A stretch of 64,000 bases of DNA from Hypanus sabinus (lineage: Eukaryota), in the NCBI RefSeq assembly GCF_030144855.1, contig NC_082708.1:127286001-127350000 (forward strand), written 5' to 3'. The position numbers and the translations under genes were made by a program. Shown here piece by piece: positions 50,604 through 60,517 of this stretch; position 1 is the stretch's first letter, and the number at the start of each line of letters is the position of its first letter. The notes beneath the pieces are model-generated. The model was not told the origin of the DNA and did not search any database. It was given only the letters and a program-made list of their open reading frames with translations.

Positions 50604-52208
50604 CACCAGACCAGCTGCCATCTGTGCCCAGCCAGAACTCTCTGGCCTGGTGAATTGGGTCTGGCTGCACATCCGAGATCTGCCCTGCATACCAACTCCT
50701 GCAAGCTCTCATCTCAGTTCATTGGTACCTTTAAGATCATGTATTTCAACCAACTAGTTACTACTGTCTCCAGCTGTCATCATCCCTCAGGATCACAGCT
50801 ACTTTCCATGCATCCTGTCTCAAGACCACTGTCCATGGACCACTTATCCCACCTGGGCCTGCACCTCCATAGCCAATGATAGTGGAAGGTGGTCTAGTGT
50901 ACAACTTTTACAGGTTGATGGATTCATGACATTGTGGATAGTGTATGCAGTACCTGGTCAATTGGCCTGGTGGAGATGTCTTTGGTGCTGTCCAGTTACA
51001 TCTTGGATCGATTGCTCATCAAGGAGTCCCACCGGACCTATCTGGTTCATCCTGGGCTGTCAAGGCTAGCCATAAGGGGTGGGGTCCTGTCAGGCCTGCA
51101 TAGGCAGGCACCTCCCAGTCTCCACCCATCTAACATGAGTATCTGCTATTCATTTCCAACTCAGCCTATTTAAACACTGCTCTCATTTATAATTACTTTT
51201 CACTCCTATGAACCAGCCAGCCTCAATCAGTTGCTCCTAGCCTTAAGTTACTATGTTGCCTGTGGTGTTAGTACCTGTTCTCTCTTGCTTTGTGGCCCTC
51301 ATGGCTCATTAATTTGCAGTTTATTACTGACGTTCTCATTCACCTCTAAATCAACTCCATCTTGGCTCTTGGGTCAAGATCTCTCTACATTTCCTGACAC
51401 ATAACCATGAACTATCAAAGCAATTTCAGAGCTATAATCAGATACTCTCACATATAATTGAAGCATATTCTGTCTCAAGTTCCCACTTATGAGCTTGATT
51501 TTATTCTGTGCAAAGTTTCCTTCTCTGGAGTTGATCTCCCATTTATAAAACTTGCTCACACAAAAACTGCACAGTAAAAACAGAAAATGTATTTAGTTAC
51601 AGGGGCTGAGGGTCCCAAATCTATCAGCTAAATGCTTAACATTTCCAGATGTGATGTGATCAAACTGTCATCTAGAGTTGCTAACCCTGGTAAACTGGCA
51701 AAATGATGCAGCCACAGCATGCAGTTTGAACTCTATGCATCCTGAAATTTAAGAAAGAGAAAGTCTTGCTGGAATTGCAAGACCACACACAAAGATGTGA
51801 GAGTTGAGCTATGATCTATCAAATGGGCTGAAAGAGGTCTTCAGGTCAAATCTGATGACTATTTCTGATGTTCTCATGTCACAGAAAAAAAATTAGATTT
51901 TTGAATTTACACTTAATATGAACAAAATAGATTATAATTAGATATCTTTTTTGTTGGTGAAAAATGGAGAACCTGAAATGCAAGCCTTGGGAATAGATGG
52001 CACCAGCTTTTCAAAACTTAAATGGACAGGTCCTTGAAAATAACAATTAAATCATTCATCTGTATATTTCATAGCCATGCCTTAAGCCAGTGCAGGATAG
52101 TTTATTTGTGCCTCATGTAGACATGATGGAATCGTAAGTTACCAAGATATTTGACAAAGTTCTTATATGGTACATTCATCATAAAAGTAAAAACCCATGG
52201 GATCCAAG

Positions 52209-52890
52209 TGTAACCTCCTCACCAGGCTCATATACAAGTTTGGCTCACTAGCTATCACTGCAATTTGACTCAGAAGGCCACCTTTCATAGACAATATACA
52301 TCTAGGTTCAGTCTGATCTGGAGTTCAACCAAAGAGGAAAGTTGGGATGTTCTGCATAAGGAACATTGATTAGAGTGAATGCTGTGTAAATACTGCCAAT
52401 ACACAATTAATGGTCATCAAGAAATAACAGATCATACACCAGCATAAAATTATAAAGAAAGTATATTTATCAATTTTCAAACAGTTAACAAAAAAAAAAA
52501 GAAAATAGTGAATAACTTTGCTGTTTACAATTAAACTAGTCCAACGTGCACATAAATGTTGGGGCTCATTTCTGGAGTATTCAGGTGTATGACTTCACTC
52601 ATCAGCTGAATTCTCACCACCAACCACAGGTAAAACCTCCCTTCTTTCATCTTTCATCTCGCTAATCACTCCTTGCATTAGGGTTTCCCCTTCAGATAAA
52701 ATCCTCCAGACATCTCTTCCCTGGTGCTCTCCTCTCTGTACCAGTCAAAAAGGCAAAACAGAGGCAAATGAAATTCTAACAAGTATAATGTAGCTTAATT
52801 GTTAAATGCAAACAAGACATGAGAATAAACAATAAATGGTTGGGTATGGAAAAGTGTAGTATTAACCATCCCTACAGGTAACTGTACACA
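52209..52890. mobile_element. Possible solo LTR inserted in an old CR1 fragment (52120-53070)
   Basis: CR1 RT sequence stops at ..gggatccaag then TGTAAC begins, and CR1 resumes near 52900. No TSD found. Confidence 0.35.
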
Positions 52891-54924
52891 TAAATACCAT
52901 ATTTAAAAAAGCATATGGATTACTTGATGAACAAAGCATGGAAGATAGGAGTGGAGAATTATGCTGGAACTCAATAAAATGCAAGTTAAGTTACATCTTG
53001 AGTACTGTGTACCATCCTGGTTATCACATGACAGGATTTGATGGTCAAAAAAGGTCTCCTTTAGTGTTATAAATTTGCATAACATCACAATTCTATCTTC
53101 AGGCGATTGAGCCAGGAAATTACATCAAAATGAGCCAAGCATACCCTTGTTGTTTTAACTGTGAAGAAAACACAGTGCCATTTGATTTTCTATAATCTAA
53201 ACTGGGTGACTCTATTCACCCACCAGAAAGATTTTAACATTCTGTATGTGCATCAGTTATCTGCATCTGCTTTATCTTTTTGCACTTTTATTTTCTAGCT
53301 TCAGGCTCCCAATGAATATCACTGGAAATCAAAAACAGGGAGCTTCTGAATCAATCCTTGTTATTAACTTATTAATTGGAGAGGATGGGAGAATGCACCA
53401 CAGATAAGGCATCCCTTCAGATTCATCATGCCATTGTTCACTCCTGGTTGTAGCTTCTGTTGCCTTTTAGTGTTTAAATTCCTAGATTCCTTCAGTGAAA
53501 AATTGATATATAAATATTGGAGCAGACAGTTCCCTTGCTGAAATTCCAAAAGATCTGACAGTGAAACAGACACCTCAGGCACATACTCATAACCTTTCCC
53601 TACAAGTCAGAAGAAGACAACATACAAGGGTGCCTCAGACAAGCTGCCATTGCAACCATTTTCAAGATTGCAGATAAATCCAATTGTAGTAACCCCTACC
53701 ACAGAGACATTCCTGACATAAGGAAGGACATTACAAGCGTCCTTCTGGACCATCTCCCCCTTGTGACCAATGAGTAGCTCCTTGTGTAGTCCATTCACCT
53801 AGAAATGCAACATACATCATCTTAACCATGCAACAAATACCCGAGAAATGCAAATAACAGCAAGACATTATGTGTCCTTTATTTCCTTTCTAAAGACTGT
53901 TTTAGTCTATTGAGAGCAGGTGCAGAGAATTCTTTTCAAATATGATTGCTATTCAATGTCCACCTCCGTTGTACATCAGCTACGTGATTGTGTACAAGCT
54001 TTCTTTTCTACCAATGGTCAACACAGACTAATGCAGATCAGACATGGCTGTGTTATCATGCAACACATCTTAATATAAAAAAACCACCCGTGTTCAGTTT
54101 TGGATTAAACAATGGGATGAAATCCAAATGCATCTCAGATCTCAATGATCAACTACACCAATGAAATAATTTTGCCGTCTATTGAGACATTGAATGAGCA
54201 TTTTATACATTCTATGTATAATATCTGTTCCTAAGATGTCTGTCCTGAAATGCTGTTGCATCTGACCGAGAGTAAAAGAGGCTTTATGTTTTGTGGAAAT
54301 GCAACATTTCAATTTATGGAGACATAACAGATTCTGAAACAGTATTTAATGTATCACTCATTTGTAACCATAAACTGAGCAACGCTCAAAAAGGGTAAAT
54401 TAACCATTTGAGATCTCAGGCTGCACATCGTAGCATGTGGGCTGTGTTAACCCTCCAGGAAGAGCGAATCAGTTTAAATTGTATCAATTTTTTCCTATTT
54501 GCTTGGTTTCCTTGTTTTAATTTAATTAGCCTGAAGGTCCAGAAAGGGATATCATATCTTTGCCTTGTGGATGAATAAACTGAAATCTGAATACTTAAAC
54601 CAGCTTGCATTCTAAGAAACACATACCATAATGGGAAATTTTATATAAGTCTGAGTGAGCTGTGATTAATGACAATTATTTGAAGTTTCTCCTGCTTCAC
54701 CAATTTTCCATTGATCTCTGCCAAAATCATGGTAGCATATTGGGAAATCCCAATGAAATGTCCAAAAAATGGTTTAGCCACTTCTGAAACAACAATAATG
54801 TTTAATCTTTTAACAGTAATTCCACTATGTAATATGTCTGGCTAATATATTCAGCCTCTCCAAAATGGTGATTTTTTTCTTGATGTTACATTTCACTGAC
54901 TTTGACAGCAGTCAGAACTTATTC

Positions 54925-54973
54925 AACTCTGCCATGGATGGTCCCAAGCCTTCTGCATAAGGAGGAGGGATGG
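54925..54973 (+). ncRNA. Twister ribozyme (P1-type), 3' cleavage product, partly decayed
   Basis: AA-CTCT-GCC…GG-TCCCAAGC-C…GGAG-GA-GGG: P2 CUCU/GGAG, L4 UCCCAAGC, CCC/GGG pseudoknot. P4 degenerate; 5' P1 strand absent. Confidence 0.8.
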
Positions 54974-55191
54974 ACATGGGGCCAGCAACCCCATCCCATA
55001 AAAAACCCAGATCTACAGAAATACCAACAGAATCTCTAAAGGCCTCTTGCCTGTGAGAGGATCACCAAGGAAATGGGCTACACCTGGGGACAGTCTTGAA
55101 AGACTGGACCAGGACAGAGGACCAACGAGCTACTATCAGCAGCCCATATCCCAGTAGGCATGATGGGCATAACTACAGTAACTAACTAACT
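54925..55191 (+). mobile_element. Non-autonomous RTE-type retroposon (5' leader + last RT-ORF codons + (TAAC)n tail)
   Basis: Perfect TSD AGAACTTATTC(A) at 54914 and 55192; 3' part translates MGYTWGQS*KTGPG / LERLDQDRG (RTE C-terminus WxxLERLAQDR). Confidence 0.88.
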
Positions 55192-56539
55192 AGAACTTAT
55201 TCACAGATAAGCAATTCATTCTGATCGGGATTGAGTGCTGTGCAATTTGATATGAATAAAAGAATGCACATTCTTCAGCTTTTAAAACACGCACATACAA
55301 TTTTTTTCATAGAAAGCATCTAGTAAAAAAATAACAGAATCATAATACTTATTGCTCTGAATAATTAGATCATCTCAAAACATAGGGAAAATTATTGTCT
55401 TTGCCACTTTGTGAGATAGATCAAACATCCTTATCATAATCCATCTGATTTTCATTTCTTCGAAATCTAATCAATTTTTACAAGTCTGTGCAATTTTTTC
55501 CCTTCAGATTATACTGCTCAGAAATTTACTACATGCAGTCCAACTTTGACCAAATTAACATTTACTTTTAACTTCTTTGCAACATTTTTTTTTGTGATTT
55601 TCATTTTGATTGTTCCATGCAACGGTCCTGGATGCGCTCAGGAAGCTGAAATGCTTACAAAAGGCAAGATGTTAAATTGGGAAAGCCTGAAGCATTGCTT
55701 GACCTTTGCTTTTCCACTGCTGAAGAAGTAAACTTGCATTTAAAGTATCAATGCTTCCAACATTGCAAACCCCCTTGAAAGCTTTACAATGATAAAACGT
55801 GAAGCTGACAAAGTGCGCCTGTCTGCAGATTGAACACAAAAAGGCTACAGTTCAGGGTTTTCTAAGGCTCTAACAAATGCAATGAAAGCCTCCAGTGTTG
55901 TTGTTTAGAGCCTTAATTTTCCATAAAAATGTCCATCTCTTGTCCCACTACAATGTCTTCCATTACATTTTACATTTTATTCCTTTTGTTAAATATAAAA
56001 TTTTCAAACACAAATTTCTCTCAGATTTTGAATGACCGGATTTAGTTTGTTAAAAACATATCACAAGGTATAAACACTGTGATAAAAGTTGCAAATGGAT
56101 TGTTCTCTGGTACTATTGTTACAGCTGGGACATATCATTTAACATAATAGGCCCCTCTGCTTTCTTAAGGTTTCTGTTACATCTTGGACTTGAAGAGAAG
56201 GTTTGAACGGTTGGTTATATGCATGAAAATTGATCAGGTTTGACACAATAGAGACATAATTCACTTAGATATCTTCAAAGGAACAGCAGAGTGCTTTCCT
56301 ATTTAAAATTTGCTTAACAAATGATTTTCCATATTTTACTAGTGATTTAGCACCCGTCAGAAAATCTTCTAATTTAAGTGGATTTTTATTCACTCCAGCA
56401 TCTTCTTTAACAGTGAAAAAGAATCCCCCAAATGATACAAACATAGAATTCTCATGCTAATCTCACTGGTCTGAAAGTAATGCTTCTTACTTATTCATAG
56501 AGCGGTGAAGTAGCACGAGACCTCTTTGCACTGAAACTG

Positions 56540-56750
56540 TGCCATCTAAAGAGCCGACACCCTTTGTCCTCATTGAGATCCATGAGTACCTACAACCTCG
56601 TACATGTGCATCCAGTGTTTTGCCAAAGATCATTGTCACTCTCAATTTCATAGCGTCGGGAGTATTTCAGGTGCCTCCTTGTTCCTGCCACATCTCAGTT
56701 TGCTGCTTACTGCTGCGTTCAGGAGGATACCCATGACTAAGGGGTAGAAG
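56540..56750 (+). pseudogene. PIF/Harbinger (HARBI1-like) transposase relic
   Basis: EIHEYLQPRTCASSVLPKIIVTLNFIASGVFQ, then after a frameshift SQFAAYCCVQEDT; cf. ALNFYASGSFQ..ISQ..xCIxEVT. Confidence 0.7.
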
Positions 56751-56784
56751 ATTTATTTGAACTCTTTGTTTCTCGCTGCAGCTC

Positions 56785-56930
56785 CTAAGTACAAGTCAAG
56801 TTTATTGCCATATGCACAAGTACAAGTACAGTATGCAGAGGTGCAATGAAAAACTTACTTGCACATAGCATCTGATGCAAAACATCCACAAGATAAACAT
56901 AAACCATACATAAATTATACAAGTTATGCA
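56785..56930 (-). mobile_element. Rex1/Babar 3' UTR fragment
   Basis: caagtcaagtttattgccat…ggtgcaatgaaaaacttacttgc; rc of the 47975-48175 copy. Confidence 0.7.
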
Positions 56931-57799
56931 AAAAAGAACTCATTTTGAAGAAGAGAATGTCCACTATAGTGCCCTCCTCAAATAGCAAAAATTCAAATTT
57001 GTGCTGTAGTATTATTCAACGTTACATGGCAGGAGCACTTGGCCTATGCCTGAAGGGTCTCTGTGGACTTTGTACCAAAAGCATGTCTCCTACAAGAACT
57101 GTTCTTCACATGCTTATCAAAGCCCTCTCACCCCATCATAACATCACTCACCTCCCCAACCCTCCACCTCCTCCATCATTACAGAAGCTACTCATTCAAT
57201 AACAATTCTCCCTAGCAGCTGGAATAGTGATGTATATATTGTGTTATGTACCTTTAAGAAATGGCTGAAAAGATTGCGTTGTTCTGCTACAAAATGAGGA
57301 TTATGGGACCATGCAGCATATCAATAGGGAATTTTATTGTGAATGTCATTTTCAAAACAGTATCATGTAGGGAAACCTCTCTGCACTGCTCTGTGGAACC
57401 TGAAACGGAAGTTCTTTTATTCACAAGCACTAAAGATAGTATACACACTTTGTTTTAATTGCAAAAAAAATGGTCTTGAGAAATACCAAGGCCATAATTT
57501 CTGTTAATATCATGGAATTTAATGGGATTATGTAGAACAATAAGGTACAGGACCCTGAAGACCACGTGCAAAAATCATAATGAGCTTTTTGCCCTTCATC
57601 ATCTGGTTTTTGAGCAGTCTGTGAATCCATGAACACTGTCGTATTATTTCTTTTTATTGAGATTTGTATTAATTTTATCTGATTCTGATTCTGATTTTCG
57701 AGTGATCTCTGACCTCTACAAGCCCAGTGCCCTAGGCTGACTCCCCAACCATTTTACAGCTGCTTTGTCTTTTGAAACTATGGGGAATTATGGTTGAAA

Positions 57800-58020
57800 A
57801 CATGAGAAAATCTGTAGATGCTGGATATCCAAGGCAAAACACAAAATTTTGGAGGAACTGAGCAGGTCAGGCAGCATCTATAGAAATGAATAAACAGCTG
57901 ACATTTCAGGCTGAGACCCTTCTTTAGGAGGGTCCTGAAGAAAAGTCTCTGCCTGAAACGTCTACTGTTTATTCATTTCCATAGATGCTGCTGACCTGCT
58001 GAGCTCCATCATCATGTTGT
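57800..58020. mobile_element. Palindromic Penelope-terminus unit (~80-bp arms) with hammerhead motifs on both strands
   Basis: ctgagcaggtcaggcagcatctatagaaatgaataaacag…tttcaggctgagac is inverted to gtctctgcctgaaa…ctgtttattcatttccatagatgctgctgacctgctgag. Confidence 0.9.
57931..57967 (+). ncRNA. Minimal type I hammerhead ribozyme motif (best-preserved copy)
   Basis: CTGAAGA (57935-41), stem II region, GAAAC (57955-59), GTC cleavage triplet (57960-62); stems partly mismatched. Confidence 0.6.
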
Positions 58021-59486
58021 GGAAACTTTGGGTATTTCTGCTTACTCATTTGCATCACAACACAAATACTTTAACCTCTGATTGTGCTGCTTGTATAATG
58101 TTCCCCATTTCTAAGCACAGCTGCCCAGAGCTATTTTGCCTCAAACTTAATCAATGTCCAGTCAATCCAATTTGTTCATCCTGATAAAGGTGGCCTGAAA
58201 CATGTTGCGATTGTGGCTTAATTGACAGTGGAGGTGTCATAATCACCATTCTCCAAGGAGCCAATAATTGTGAAGAAGTTGATGGGAGACCAGTAATATT
58301 TATTCCATTAACACTTTACATCAGCATTTTATTTAGCACAGTTTAAAATCAAGTAGTTAAAGATTTATCTTAGCTTGTGAAGAAATCTCGATGTTCCTGT
58401 TTTGGCTCCAAAGAAATTAAATCTTTTATCAGTGAATCATACATTTTAACATCTGTTTGCAAAATGCAGAAAATTCACATGCCTTTGGATCATTAGTACA
58501 TATCTCAAGATTACAGTTTTATGTCATCCCTTTGCATAGTTTAGTGTCAGAAGATACATATCTTATCTTTGAAGCATTTATTCTGAAGTTGCAAAAATGC
58601 CTTTTGAATGTGGTTCTTGACAAATTAGTTGGGAACTTGGTAGCATCACATCCTGCCTTGGAGAAGGAAGAAACAGATGAATTTAATTCTCCAATAAAAG
58701 ATTATGCATGGCTCACACACTGTAGGGGGTTTGTTAATATTACAATTGTGCCAAAGTGTTACAGTTTCAATAGCGAAGAAATTTCAGTTGATAAATGTCA
58801 CACCCTTTCAATAAAACATATGGTCCTGTGCATGATCTCCAGGATAGTGTTGGTCTAAATAGAAAAGAACAGAGAAAAAATTATTGCAAGAACACTTCCT
58901 TGATCAAAGAAAGCACTTTCAAGCCAAAGAGAAAGGAAGAATTGCTGGACAATTGATTGTTGGAAGTGGGCAATGGAATGGGCCACATGAAACAATTCAG
59001 GACCAGTGATAGTATCAATGTTTAGATAGTTATACCAATTGGCATGGAGAAACCTAGGGTAAAAGGTCTTGAAATGAATGAGAGTTAACTGCATGGAAGT
59101 GAAAACAGATCTGTGCAACACAAGTTGGAGTCAGAGACTGGCTGGCTAATCCATTAAAAAGAAGAAGCCTGGTCTTGATTCATTCCACATACAGTTCTAC
59201 ATGGTGAGAAGGTGAACTTACGAAGTAAGGGCATCTTGGTAATATAAGAGAAAAGCCAGAAAAATAAAGCAGAAGTGAGCACTTGTCAGAGTCAGTGTGA
59301 AAATACATGTGAGAACAAGGCTAAATATAGTAGAGTACTGGAGAAATAAAAGAGGATATTAGAAAGCAAAGGTGGTATGTGACAAGAAAGTAGCAGACAA
59401 GTGAGAGTATCTAAATTGTAAGTGAGTGGCTTAATTAGACAAACAAAGGAGAATTATATAAGGAAGCAGAGGTACGGCAGAGCTGA

Positions 59487-59790
59487 TAGATAGATAGAAC
59501 ATAGAACACGGAACAGTAGGACACTAGACAGGCTATTCATTTCTAAATGTTGTGCCAATCTTGATGCAAATTTATACTAAATGTCCTCCTCCTGTTTATT
59601 ATCCATATCTCTCCATTCCCTTCATATTGATGTGTCTATCTGAAAGCCTCTTAAACCCCACCAAAATGCCATCCACAACTACCCCTGTAAACCATTCTAT
59701 GCATATATCACTCTCTGCATAAAAAACTTGCCCCTCACATTACCCTTAAACTTTCCCCCTCTAACTTTAAAAGTGTGTCATCTGGTTGAG
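59487..59790 (-). mobile_element. CR1 3' end
   Basis: atagaacatagaaca tail; aaaaaacttgcccctcacat…aaactttccccctct. Confidence 0.8.
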
Positions 59791-60223
59791 ATAGTCACTT
59801 TCCAGGGCCAAGAGGCATATTGCTAAACGCAGCTTTCTAGCACAGCAAAATGATCTTTCCAAAGGGTCTGAGTTGTTGGTGATAAAGTTAAACTTTAAAC
59901 AAATGTCCCTTGCTCAGATTTTTGTTGTGAAAGAGAACCAGTCCCCAGTCTTATTGTGAATTACAAGCTGCAATCAGTTTGAAGTTGGAGGCACAGCTTT
60001 GTAAAGTGAAGTGACCAAGAACCAAATGTAAGACAATGGGGTTTTATCATTTAGTACATCAAACATGGTTATAAATTGGGATGCTTGTGTGCTCAGAGGG
60101 TCAGCTCTCCTAACATTGAGAGTGCATGTTATGGATCTTTGACGCTAGAATCTTTTAAGACCATCTGTTATAGTTACTTTGTCCCAGCCAAGTTATCTGG
60201 AAAACATCACATGCAAATCATAT

Positions 60224-60439
60224 TGATGCACCATCAATAACTCACTCTGAGACGTAAAGGCGAGATATCGGCTTTTATTGACTGGAAGAAGGAACCAGCA
60301 GTGAGTGACCATCATACTACATCCTGGAGACTGAGGCCGAGCATCAGGCCTCGATCGCCTTTATACAGGGGCCTGTGGGAGGAGCCACAGGAGCAGTCAG
60401 CAGGGGGCGTGTCCAGACAGGCACACGTAGTTCACCACA
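60224..60439 (-). repeat. 3' LTR (216 bp) of a young Gypsy
   Basis: TGTGGTG…GCATCA termini, TATAAA at ~60360-65 and AATAAA at ~60273-78 on minus, PPT aaagggggggtgaa adjacent (60440-53). Confidence 0.93.
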
Positions 60440-60517
60440 TTCACCCCCCCTTTGTTTAAAAGAGTCCCCATGTGGCGAAGTTTCTTACAGGTCAAGTCTA
60501 TCAGGTGGTCGAATCTG

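Larger units (their letters stand above)
48268..51399 (+). mobile_element. Deleted chromovirus-type Gypsy provirus (5' LTR 48268-~48545, 3' LTR 51088-51399) with nested LINEs
   Basis: LTRs [c/t]GTCAGG…CCTGACA; perfect TSD CATAA (48263-67 / 51400-04); PPT aaggggtgggg; CKLSSQFIGTFKI integrase remnant. Confidence 0.9.

Noticed and set aside
58457-58858. 133-aa ORF in apparently unique DNA
   Set aside because: TTG start, no recognisable motif or convincing splice signals; length is compatible with chance.
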